In this document: positions 1 to 11,711 of the stretch, piece by piece
How the letters are laid out: each line of letters starts with the position of its first letter
How positions within the stretch are numbered: the first letter of the stretch is position 1
Assembly (NCBI RefSeq): GCF_026210795.1
Contig: NC_089432.1
Coordinates: 3,782,001-3,846,000 of the forward strand
Reading direction: 5' to 3'
Length of the DNA stretch: 64,000 nt
From: Rhizophagus irregularis
Taxonomy: Eukaryota
Program-made: the position numbers and the translations under genes
The notes under the pieces: generated by a model
Told to the model about the DNA's origin: nothing
Seen by the model: the letters and a program-made list of their open reading frames with translations, nothing else
Database searches by the model: none

Positions 1-48
1 ATCACGTTGTTATTTTAGTAACGTAACAATGCATTGTACGTTAATACG

Positions 49-175
49 GGTTACGGTACATTTCGCCGAAAGCCATTTCGCCGAAAAATAGGGCCAACAT
101 TATGCAGAATTATAAATAACTCAGGCCAGAGATTATTTTTCGGCGAAATGGCTTTCGGCGAAATGTTCTGATACC
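49..175. mobile_element. MULE (Mutator)-like MITE
   Basis: Inverted arms acatttcgccgaaagccatttcgccgaaaaata / tatttttcggcgaaatggctttcggcgaaatgt with GG...CC termini; flanked by 9-bp direct repeat GTTAATACG (40-48, 176-184). Confidence 0.8.
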
Positions 176-871
176 GTTAATACGAAATTGCAATACATCT
201 TCAATACTGTGATTGCGTTGTTTGATACATTGACAATATCATAAATATGGCTTTTTTTTATATTAAAATTTTCTAAGTATTATTTTTTCATTTTCATAAT
301 ATTGATGTTGAATATACGACTACAATGCTTATAATTGCATAGTAACGATGATGATGCTATATTATACTGAATAATCAATTGTTTTATTGCGCAGATATTT
401 ATACTTAAGTATCAGCTAATGTAAGACAAAAAAACTTAATAATAATTTCTTAAAATATTTCTGAATGCCATTTGTTTTTTTTATTATTTTATATTCTCCC
501 TATAGGCACTAATGGATATACATATCAAAAATCAAATTTATTTTACAGTATGTCAAGCAGGAAAAAAAAATCAAATTTCAAGGAAAAGCCCCTTATTTAT
601 ATGAATTATGTATCACGTGATTAACGTGCAAACCAGCCCCGTTTTTTTTTAAACTTTAACAAACCTTTTTCCTTTCTCAATTTCCCTTCCCCGTCTTTTT
701 CTCTTCATCTTGTTTCACTCTCTCTAATAAAAATCTTTAGCAGAACGTTTAGCAACATTTTGAAATTTTCCTTATTAGACAAAAATCATTACATTATGCA
801 ATGAAAATTAAGAGTTCATAACGATTTTTTTTTTAAAAAAGAAATAAGTATATTATAACTTAAATGACAAA

Positions 872-978
872 ATAACTTCGGTAATAAAATGGATTGAGAA
901 AAATCTAGAGAATGAGTATATTCATTATTTTAAATATGATGAATTTAAAATCGATGAAGAAGAAATTGGTAGAGGAAG
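872..978 (+). pseudogene. 5' fragment of a TKL-type protein kinase
   Basis: Reads WIEKNLENEYIHYFKYDEFKIDEEEIGRG, similar to the N-terminus/Gly-loop of the kinases at 31300 and 36985 (WIEEAVDKE...IGTGGFG). No further kinase sequence follows. Confidence 0.65.
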
Positions 979-984
979 GGGTCC

Positions 985-1500
985 GGAAAGATTTTTTTTC
1001 TTTTTTTTCATCTTTATTTTTTAATAAACGATTCTAATGGTTCATTTTTTTTCTTTCTTTAGATGGTTCTTTCAAGTTACTTTGGGAGACATTTTGGTAA
1101 AGTTTTTTATTTATTTCTTCCATCTTTTAACAAACGGTTCCTAACAGTTCATTTCTTTCTCTTTTTAGGCGGTTCTTTTGTATTTCTTGTGGTAAGTTAA
1201 ATTTTTTTTCTTTCTTTTTTTTATTTAACAAAACGTTAACTGGTGGTTAACTAAAATATTTTCTTGTCTTTTTCTTTTTTTTAGATGGTCAGGCCTTTGG
1301 ACGTGTGAAATTTCCAACGGTTGGTTTCTTTTACTTTTTTAAATTCTTTTGAATTAAATTTTTTTATTTTGGTAAGATGTTAACTATCATTTCATTTTCT
1401 TTCTTTGTTTTTAGACAGGTCAGGCCTTTGGATGTGTGAAATTTTCAACGGCCACGCACGTTATACTAGAAAGGTATGATGGCAGAGGAATTGTTGCGAA
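985..1500 (+). other. Intron/micro-exon array A (putative spliced non-coding transcript)
   Basis: Repeated polypyrimidine-TAG acceptors (~1062, 1168, 1284, 1413) and GTAAAG/GTAAGT/GTAAGA donors (~1096, 1192, 1372), with CTAAC/CTAAT branch sites and ~23-35-nt exons. Confidence 0.6.
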
Positions 1501-2345
1501 AATTTAATATGAAACTATTAATAAAAACAAGTTGTGGATGAACAATTTATGTTAGGTGGTGCATTATTCAATTGTAAGAACATGCAGATTGTTAGGCAAA
1601 CGTATACAAATTAGTAAATTTATTTTAATTTATTAGGAATTTTATGTAATAAAATGAGATATTAAAAAAAAATATTTATTAGAGTATATAATATGTAATA
1701 AGTTTTTAATGAAACAAATTGAAAATAAAAATTGAAAATAATAGAAATAAAGGTTGTAAACCATAGACAATTATTTTATTAGAGTCATTACTTATTGTTT
1801 ATTATGTTTAAGACATAAAATTCAATAAAATTCCTGACCTTTACAACAACATATACCCAACATTTTCTTGTCCTTCAACCTAAACATTCACAGTTTAAGA
1901 GTCCCTACCTATGAAGCATGTAAGAAACCTACTACCGGCTTTGCTGAAACCTTTGATTTAGCAACTTTAATGTTGTTTGCATGTGACTATCACGTGACTA
2001 TAGGACTGCTAGTGGCATTTTTTTCATTTTGACTGTCTAATTTCTACCTCACTACTTTATGCTAGCTACATGGAGGTAATATGAAACCTTAATTGTTTTT
2101 TTAATTTTGGAAAATATGATTATTTTTTTTTAAAAAAAACATAAAAAAATATGGAATTATAGATTCTATCATTTCATTTCATATCTGATATAAAGAGGTG
2201 ATAAGTTGTATACAAACCATAATAAGATGCTCATTATTAATTATTTAAATTTTAATAAATTACATAATTTTTTAATCATTGTAAATTATTAATCATCGTA
2301 TGATAGTTAACTTTAATTGTTCATTAACATATATATTATTATATA

Positions 2346-4091
2346 CCAGCTGGATGCCCGCGTTTCACGCGGGCCTGGCTAATTAAAATTATGAAAATCA
2401 GATACCTTTCTGCTAAGCTGTTATATAAAGTCTAGAATGGTTATTAGCATTAATTTGGAATTTTGTGGTAAATAGGGAATCATAGGCTGTGTATGGCAAG
2501 TGATTTTACAGCGCTCACAATCCTTGCGAAATATTTTAAAAATTATTACATATTAATAGGAATATTAATCATTACAAAGTATAACAGATAATGAGTGTCA
2601 GTATAAATAATATGCAATACATTTTTTATTATAATAGTTATTATAATAGTTATAGTGGTTCATTAGGAAGCCGGCAAACCTAAAAAACATTCAAAGAATC
2701 ATTAGACCTAAAAAAAGGTACCAAAATTTAAAAAAAGAAAAGAAAAAATGATTAGTAATTATGAAAAAGAATTTTTTTAAAAAAATTAAAAATATAATTC
2801 AAACTAACCTTCACTCTGAAAGGTACCTCCAAAACCTAAAAAAGAGAAAAGGGTTGTTTCCTACAAAAAAAAAGTTAAATTAGGGACATTTTTTAAAGTT
2901 TAAAATTCATTTTCAGAACTTACCCAAAGTTCTCAAAAATTGATCATCTACTAAAAAAAAGAAAAGAATGAAACATCAATAATGTTTTGTTAAAGAAATA
3001 ATGTTAGGAAAATATTATTTACCAAAATTTACATCTGTCCAAGGTGTTGCAGTACTGTCTAAACTACAAAATATAGAACACAAAATGTTAGTTTTAATGT
3101 TTCATTTCATTAAAAAATAAAAAAAATTAATGAAAAACACTTACAAATTCCATGTCTGGAAAAAGCCAAAGAACCACCCTACAGAATGCAAAAATAAACA
3201 TTAGTAAACATTTTGTTAACTAACATTATGTTAAAAGAAGCATTTTAAAAGAACCTACTAAAATTTCACATGTCCAGAATCACGAACAAACCATATAAAA
3301 AAGGAAGAAACATGATGTTAGTAATGTTTTGATAAAAAATTTTTCAAAGAAAAAATATTCACCACAATTCTGTTCGTGTATAAATTATTCCTTATTCAGT
3401 TATCTAAAAAAATGAAAAATCAAACTGTTAGAAATGTTTGATTAAAAGAAATGTATTAAATCCTTCCTTACCAAATTTCCACGCGTCTGAAGACAAACCA
3501 AGAAAACCACTGATACCTAAAAAAAGAAAGCTTTATTTTTTGGGTTTTTTTTTGGTTTTTTGCATAGTTATTAAATACCTGTAATTGCTGTTATTAGAAA
3601 TGTTCAATTCCCCTGGTAAAATCCTACTTTGAGAGCTGTGCAGGCATTAGAAATTAAAAATTAAATGTAAAAGAAAAGGTGTATTTTTTTTAAAAGAAAG
3701 GGATTTTTTTTCATCATATGGGAAAATTCAGAAACTGAAAAATATTTTTTTTTAAAAAAAAAAAGAAAGAAAATGTGTCGTATGGGAAAATCCAAAAAAC
3801 TTTTTTTTTTAAAAAAAAACAATGATGATTGCTCAATAAATTTTTTATATTTTATATTACAATTAGTACTAATTGCTATAATTTGTTTTTACGCCAATCA
3901 TTTATGCAGCCTAATTCAAGGATTAGAGCTGCTAATCAATGTCAAATGATGCGCCACTCCGAATCCCTATATAAAAATCTGTAGCACAGGGCGCAGACAC
4001 ATGATGATGGACGATCCAATTTAAATCCGCCTTTTTATGCAGGGTAGTCTTAACGTCACGGTCGCACAATGCTTTTTTTTATAGATATAGA
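2346..4091 (-). mobile_element. Non-autonomous Helitron carrying a micro-exon array
   Basis: Minus strand begins A|TCTATATCTATA (4091) and ends with an 8-bp GC hairpin gcccgcgt-ttc-acgcgggc (2356-2374) followed by CTGG|T (2346). A-T target, no TSD. Confidence 0.8.
2700..3580 (-). other. Intron/micro-exon array B inside the Helitron
   Basis: About 8 units of ~110 bp. On the plus strand, ttacc/cttac (donor), a short exon, ct-a(n) (acceptor plus polypyrimidine tract) and ttag/ttagt (branch point) recur regularly. Confidence 0.65.
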
Positions 4092-4117
4092 TTATTATTA
4101 ATATATAATATGAATAT

Positions 4118-4465
4118 GGGATCTGTCCAAAATCCTGAAACTCAAAATCCTGAAGGTGCATTATCCCAACACACTAAATCCCGAAATGTCAAAATCCTGA
4201 CTTGTCTAAATCCTGAAACGTCAAAATCCCAAATTGTCATAATCCCGTATTTATAATCCTGACCCATAATCATATTGATTTTCTTTCTTTTATTAATAAA
4301 TTTCAAGATTTTCATTTCGGTCAGTATTTGAATTTCGGGATTATGATGTGTCGGACTTATGAAATGTCAGGATTATGGCAATTCTGGATTTTGACATTTC
4401 GGGATTTAGAGTGTCGGGATAATGTACCTTCAGGATTTCGAGTTTCAGGATTTCGTACCAAACCC
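4118..4465. mobile_element. Foldback MITE, MULE-like (GGG...CCC termini)
   Basis: Long imperfect TIRs built from aaatcctga/tcaggattt subrepeats; no exact TSD seen. Confidence 0.7.
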
Positions 4466-4873
4466 AATATTATTATATATTATTAACACATATTTTAAAT
4501 TTTAATTGTAAAATATTGTAAATTTAATTATAAAATACAGTACAATACAAATCCATTATCTAATGTAAAATTGTCAAATTGTCTAAAAATTAATTCCTCT
4601 TATTATAATTGGATTGCTGCGGATTGTTAAGCGCGTTGTGACATAGCGCCCCTGGTAACACAACTATAAACAAGGTGGGAACGTGATTTGAACAATCACC
4701 TGATTGATCTTTCTCTGAACTGAATTTTTAGATACGTCCACAGATAAAGAATTTAAGTTATTGATTGTATTCGACTTGCTCTTCTGTAACACTATATCGC
4801 ATATTTTTCTCCCTCTTACTTCCTTCCAGCCATTCTTCCGGACAAATAAAATACAATTGTGCGTTTTGATGAT

Positions 4874-5773
4874 CATTTACCTGGGAGTTTATGGGTCACT
4901 TTATAGTATATTATTAAAAAATATAAAAAAAAATTGTAATACAGTATTTTAAAGAGTACAACAGATTACCAAATAGGAAAAAGTTATTGTCTGTTTTTTA
5001 CTCTATGATAACAATACTAATAACAAAGCACATGAAATTACTTTTTAAAAAATTATTTCTAACTAAAAATTAGGACTATAATTTAGGAATAAGAAGTAGA
5101 ATGGTAGTATCTATTCAATTTCAAAGCTTTCTTTTGTCAATGTTTCATATTTATAATTTAAAATCTATCTATCAGCAGAATAAACCAAATATGTTTAAAC
5201 GAAATTTCGAAAATCATCTGAACAACTAACACAAGACTGACAACAAATCTCGACAATCCAAGATAACAAGTCAAAATCCTGACAAGTCAAAATCCCAACA
5301 AATCATTATACTGACAAGTTGATGATTCTGACAATTTTAGAACAAAATCAACTAAATATTACATATTGCAACAAATTATTTTATTGGAACACTCATCATT
5401 AAATTTACAAAATTGTCGATATAAATGACTTGTCAGGATTTTGGATTGTCGAGATTTTGGATTGTTTAAATTTTGTTGTCGATCTTAAGTTAGTCGTGCA
5501 AGTGACTGATCGGATACCAAAAAAAATACGGTATATAATACATTCGGATAAAGCACTATTCAAAAAATGCATATATCTTTTTTTGGGTAAATAAGTAAGA
5601 ACACAGTACTTAAATGAATAATAGCATTTGTATATTACAGTATGGTGCCTAGAGAATTTAGTGATTATACTATACGATCACAAAATTATCTTTCTAAATT
5701 TAATAATTTTTGGTGTTGACGCGTTGTAATTGGCTTTTCGGATACCAAGTACCAATGAGATAATATTTATAAA
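4874..5773. repeat. Segmental duplicate of the ML-gene 3' flank (copy 1 of 3)
   Basis: Colinear with 12053-12800 and ~14230-14945, including a shared degenerate foldback MITE (gacaa/ttgtc subrepeats ending gatcggatacc). Confidence 0.9.
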
Positions 5774-6149
5774 CATTGCAGAAACTTCATATTATTTTTA
5801 AACAACGTTGACACTGCGCCAAAATCACGTGATTACCGTCGTTTGTGCGTCATTATTGAACGTCATACGAACGCGTTGCAAAGGTGGGAAAATGTATCAC
5901 CATTACTATACCTATTTTACTATTGTAATTTATTTTTTACAACATTGTAAACACACTTTATTTGCATATATATTTAATAAAGCAAACTATGTTATATATT
6001 AGTACATTACTAGTTACTACGCTAGCTAACTATTAAATTATACATTATTATGCATAAAAGTAAAATTATTTAATAAACATGTTTCGCTAAAGGTAATTTG
6101 AAAAAGTCCAAAAAAATGAAACTTTTCCTTAAACGAAATAATCCGAAGA

Positions 6150-7280
6150 AAGGGAGCCTCCTACAAAAATTCTACACGTTTAAGGACTTCAAAAAGCAAT
6201 CTGTCCAATAACAAGAAGGTTTGAAGAAGCTGAGATCTAAAAAAAAAATAAAATAAACATTAAAAATGTTTCTAATTAAAGAAAACAATAAAAAGTAAGT
6301 TTTGCAAAGAAACTTACCGTCTCAAATCTATCAAAGCCCTTCTATAACTACAAAAAAAAAGTAAAAAGTAAGGATGTTTCCAAACATAACTTACTATTTC
6401 AAGATTCCAATACCCTATTCCGCTATTCGAAACTTTACAGAACCTATAAGTAAATAATTTTTCGCGATGAGGGAGCATTTTAAGTTCTTGTATCCGCTCT
6501 TCTGTATCCAGAATAAAAGTCAAATTTTCGCACTGAAGCCTCACATGTCAAAAAGTCTGGACATCTGAGAAGTATTGAAATGTAGAACCTAGAAAAAGAC
6601 ATGACTGTTTAAAAAAAGAAAAAAGATGATGAAACGTTAGTTAAACGTTTCGTTAAATAAAAATGAAAAAAATTTAACTTACCGCAAGAAATACAAAAGA
6701 ACCGCCTAAAAAGATAAAGAAATGGACTGTTAGGAACCGTTTGTTAAAAAATGTAAGAAATAAATAAAAAATTTTACCAAATGTCTTCCAAAGTAACTTG
6801 AAAGAACTGAACCATCTAAAGAAAGAAAAAAATGAACCATTAGAACCGTTCATTAAAAAAATAAAGATGAAAAAAAATGAAAAAAATCTTACCAGAATCC
6901 TGATATCCCTTTTTCTACTTATTTCTTCTTCATCAATTTAAATTCATCATATTTAAAATAACGAATATACTCATTCTCTAGCTTTTTCTCAATCCATTTT
7001 TTTACCGAAGTCATTTTGTCATTTAAGTTATAATATACTTATTTTTTTTTTAAGAAAAAAAATTTCATCATTATGAACTCTTAATTTTCATTGCATAATG
7101 CAATGATTTTGTCTAATAAAGAAAATATCAAAATGTTGCTGCTAAAGATTTTATTAAACTGAAGAAGGTGAAACAAAGAGGAAGAGAAAAGAAGGGTGAG
7201 ATTGTGAGAAAGGAAAAAGGTTTAAAAAAAAAAGTGGCTGATCTGTTAAAATTGTCACATTAATCACGTGATACATAATT
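6150..7280 (-). other. Inverted paralog of 603-1290: E-box promoter-like region, kinase 5' fragment (7014-6905) and micro-exon array C
   Basis: Reverse complement aligns with 603-1290. ATG at 7014 gives MTSVKKWIEKKLENEYIRYFKYDEFK. Donors at ~6890, 6776, 6680, 6315. Confidence 0.75.
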
Positions 7281-7301
7281 AGCTTGGAGATAAGAATCAT
7301 A

Positions 7302-7559
7302 AGAATGCCAAAAGCCTGTGTAATGTGTCTAGCTTTAATCGTAGTATTATTTTAATAAATTCGTTGATCGTACTAACCATGAAATTCAATATATAGTTAA
7401 ATATAACTTAAACTTTTCCAGCATTATTATATTAAGCTTGAAGCTTGAAGCTTAGCATATACTTAAGTGTAGGCTTAAGCATAAGCTTCAAGCTTCAAGC
7501 TTCAAGTATTGGATCCGCAGTTAGCCTCTCTACAGATGGCAGGTTAATATATATTTAAA
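7302..7559. repeat. ~260-bp dispersed repeat with an AAGCTT-rich palindrome (copy 1)
   Basis: Colinear with 45588-45840; contains (aagcttg)n ... (aagcttc)n inverted arms. Confidence 0.85.
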
Positions 7560-9439
7560 AAAACGTGATTCTTTTCAAAAAAAATGATGATCATTTACGT
7601 AATCATGTATTCCGTATTCATATAGTTGATCAGCAAATCCAATTATTTTTAAGTTCTTGGTAAAACTTATTAATATTTTTTAAAACTATCGCTCTTTTTA
7701 CTTTTTTTATTATTTTTTTTTACACTTTTTTTTGTACAATGGATCGGAATTTGTTTTCATTTAGTAATTTTTTTTTATTTTTTTTTTTAGGATTTTTCAA
7801 TTTAGAAATTTTTTTTAACAGGTCGGATTTTTTTTCATTAGAATTTTTTTTTTATTTTTTAATTTTTTTTCCAACAATAGATCGGACTTTGCCCTTTCTT
7901 TATGTTCGGTAACTGACGTTTACTAATATTAATTGGTAATAGTTGATGTCTTCTTGGTGATGAGAAATTTATTATTTTTTTTTGTAACAATTAATTATTC
8001 AGAATTGATTTTGTGATGAGTCTGATAAACCATAAATTCTATAATACTGCAAACATTTGTTTAATATTATAATATTTGTACTATAAAGTTATTGTAATAT
8101 TAAATCATTCTAATTTCATCATATTGTAAATACACTTCACATTATTGTATTGTAAATATTGTAAATATAAATTACTGTATGTTCAGAATTATACAATGTC
8201 TTCTTAAAATTAAATTGTTAGTCTAATATTAAATACAAATCTACATAACTACTACAGTCTTTTCTTAACATGCAAAAAATTTTTTAATATCATATGTAAA
8301 AGAATTTTTTCTGAGGGTACTGACTACTTTTCGGAACCCCTTCTTAGGCTTTTTTTTTTCACCTTTTTAAATTTTTATTTTATTTAATTTTATTGTCTCA
8401 CTTTTGCAATCAAAATTATTTAGCGGAAAAAATAAAAACTAATGGAACATTTAGCAAAAGCTACAAAGTGAAGAATGGTAGAGTAGCAAGAGAAATTTGT
8501 ATGATGCTATCAAAGAGGGAGGGAGTACGTGGATCCTAGGCCATTTAGTGCAATTATTCTCAGGCTTATTGTATACTATTTGTTTTGTTCTTGTAACTAT
8601 TGCTAGCTAGATTCCATCTCCTTTTCTACTAAAACGAAATGAATTATATCTACGAAATTTCGCCAATCTAAATCACTCTCACCTACACAGATTATATAAA
8701 ATTTTTCGATTTTAGCTAAATTCCGTAAGAGTAGTTTCCAGAGATTGAATCGTATGATGATGCGAGTATGAAAGACATGGCGTAGAAGGTCCTTGGTCAT
8801 ATTATCTGGCTGTTAGAGGAGTCACAAAAGGCGGATTCAGCTGTTAAAGTAGATAAAGAAAAGTAAATAAAAAGGGTGTCGAATAATCACAGTAAAATCA
8901 GACACTGTAGAGTCGTATAGAAAGAGCGTAGCTCGCATCCCAAATTTGTATTTATCTTTTATTGTATTAATAAAAAAATTTATTTTATGTACACAGAAAC
9001 ACGTACACGTCTTAAAAGGCAAAGAACTTAAACGTCAAATCATTAATATTAATAGCTACATTATTGTAAATATAATGCTAAACGTCGCCTGGGCGATTGT
9101 CGCCTGAGTTTTTTTTAAATATGTCACATGATGTACAATATATAAAGAGTAAATTTACTATTAATTGGCTGACGGCTGATTTTTTCAAACTTGGCTAATT
9201 TTGATCGGCTAAACTTAAAAATTTTTATATTTTAAAAAAATTTTTTTTTTACAAACATATTTATCCAAAATAATCTTATCTAATGAAATTTTATTTGCAA
9301 ATATTAAAATTTAAATCACACATTTAAAAAAATCACTGTATTTATTTTTTAATGAAGTGATACAAATAAAAGAAAAGATAAGTAAATTACAATGATCAAG
9401 AAAAAAGATGCTAATAAAAAAACAAAATAACAATGGAGT

Positions 9440-9900
9440 AATGAGAAGTAATAGAAAATGAAAGGGAGTAAAAAAGAGTAATGAGAAGTGATAGGAAGCA
9501 AAAAGGAGAAATAGGGCATGATGGAAGATGAATAGGAGTGATAGGAAGATGAAGAGGAGTGATGGGAGACGAAAAGGAGTGATGGGAAGATGAAGAGGAA
9601 TAATGAGAAAACGAAGAGGAGTGATGGAAGACGAAAAGGAGTGATGGGAGACAAAAAGAAGTGATGGGAAGATGAAAAGGAGTGATGGAAGACGAAAAGG
9701 AGTGACGGGAGACAAAAAGGAGTGATGGGAGACAAAAAGAAATGATGGGAAGTAAACAGGAGAGAAAAAGAAATAACGGAAAATGAAAAGATGTAATAGA
9801 AAATAATGGGAGACGAAAAGAATGGAATAATGAGAAGTAATAGGAGGGGAAAAATTATGAGAGACAAAAAATAAAAAAATGATCATGATAGGAGGTTGGG
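9440..9900. repeat. Purine-rich minisatellite (~21-bp unit, ggagtgatgggagacgaaaa-like)
   Basis: Directly visible tandem units; the overlapping F/L/S-rich ORFs are by-products. Confidence 0.85.
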
Positions 9901-9959
9901 TAGCAAAAGGTAATGATAGGAAACCAAGTAAAAAATAAACCATAAAGTAAAAACAATGA

Positions 9960-10290
9960 AGTTAGTAAGAAACGAAATATAAGATAGAAACAAAATAAAA
10001 AAATAAAAAACATACCTTTATTAATTGTAGAACCGAAAGAACTAAAAGATCTAAAAAAAATGAAATAAAATTAGTGAAAAACGAAATATGAAACAGAAAC
10101 AAAATAAAAAAAAATAAAAAAATAAGAAACGAAATGTAAAGTGAAAACAACTGAACCTTAATTGCAGAACCGGAAGGACTAAAAGACCTAAAAATAATGA
10201 AATAGAGTTAGTAAGAAACAAAGTGTAAGGATGTAAGTTAGAAATAAAAATAAATAGAAAAAAAGAAAAATACCTCGAGACCGAAATAGC
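9960..10290 (-). other. Short intron/micro-exon array E
   Basis: Minus strand: ctaac...ttttag|gtcttttagtccttccggttctgcaattaag and ctaat...ttttag|atcttttagttctttcggttctacaattaataaag|gtatgt, i.e. two paralogous ~31-35-nt exons. Confidence 0.5.
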
Positions 10291-10587
10291 TGAGAAAACG
10301 AACCTTGAAAATGAGATTCGATAAACAAAATAAATATGACGCGATCATGTGGCCAATCTGGCCAATCAAAAATATTAAATTTGCCGCATGATCGAAGACC
10401 CATTCCCAATATAATTTATATCATTCTAATATTATAATTATAATTTTTTATTAATTTTTGTTAACTAATTATTACCTATATTAAATTCCTAATTATAAAC
10501 AAAAACTGCTGTAACCATCTTTAATTTACTTAGTATTACATTTTAATAATTTTAATACTAAAATTTTCTATTTAAACAAACTCATTG

Positions 10588-10617
10588 GTCCCGGTGCGGA
10601 GCAACGGTAACTGCTAG
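10588..10617 (+). mobile_element. Helitron 3' terminus (5' end uncertain; candidate A|TCTACATAAC at 8240)
   Basis: Hairpin ccggtgc-gga-gcaacgg followed by CTAG|T; nearly identical to the hairpin of the Helitron at 24382. Confidence 0.7.
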
Positions 10618-10747
10618 TTCTTGTTATAAATATTTATTCCCAAAGACCCATTATATTTTCACTACCGCTATTAATTACAGATCCATCTATATATATACTT
10701 ATATTACTTTCTCTATTAATTTGTTTAAATTTGTTTAAGTTTCATAT

Positions 10748-11711
10748 TTATACTTTTAGTTTATCAATATTTTTATTGTTATTAAACAATATATATTGAT
10801 CAATTAAATTCGAATTTGATGACGTATCATCAATCAACTCATACTTAATTCTATAATCATCTGGTTTATATAATCCCGGATTTCTATAAAACAAGTAATC
10901 TTGATGCATAGTTTTTTCGAAATGATATTGACTAAATTCCGTAATTATTATTGCATCATTATAAATCAATTTAAAATTCGACGATGTTCTTCTTTGCTTT
11001 TCTAAATAAAACTGAAAGTACGATTTGTCACGGCAGATACTAAACACACATATCGATCATAATATTTTCTACGATTATTACTCCAATTTTGATCTACATC
11101 TATTTTTTTCCCATTACTTTTGGACCATTATTAAATTCTTTCATCGTTGCTAAAATATTTTTTCCTCAACAAAGGCCCATGTGATACTTGTTGTAATTCG
11201 CTACCTTTTAAGTCTTCAATAAAATTGTTCGTCAATTTTATAAATATACATTCTTTGATTTTCCTATCCACCTCAGAATGTTATATCAATTCAGACTCTA
11301 GATCCATCCAGGCTTTTTCAATCAAATTCCTTCTAGATGAATTAAATCCAACGAACTTCTTTTGAAATATTTCATAAAAAGTTAACATAAATTTACCGTC
11401 AATCGTTATCATTAGGTCTAAAAATATTATTTTTAATTTCCTAGGGACAAAAAATTTCTAAAGAAAAGTGAATTACTAGTACTAATGTCTCCTTTAACGT
11501 TATATATATTCCCCCCTGAAATTTCCATTTTTTTAGTTTTGCAATTTTCTATTATATTAAAATTATTTTTTTTCATAAGTCTAATATTATCAACAATGAA
11601 ATTATTATTTAATTCTTTTTTCAAAATATTTTTGTATTGGTTAATATCTTCGACTGTTAAAACTATCAGTGGATTATCTCTTAATAAAAGCAATTCTTGA
11701 ATATTAAACAA
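10748..11711 (-). pseudogene. Decayed intronless ORF of unknown function
   Basis: Two ORF pieces (11433-11711, 10748-11047) joined by coding-like sequence containing stops; no domain recognised. Confidence 0.35.

Noticed and set aside
9311..10150. Long hydrophobic ORFs (210, 172 and 62 aa)
   Set aside because: They translate a purine-rich minisatellite and intron-like tracts; low complexity, no domain.
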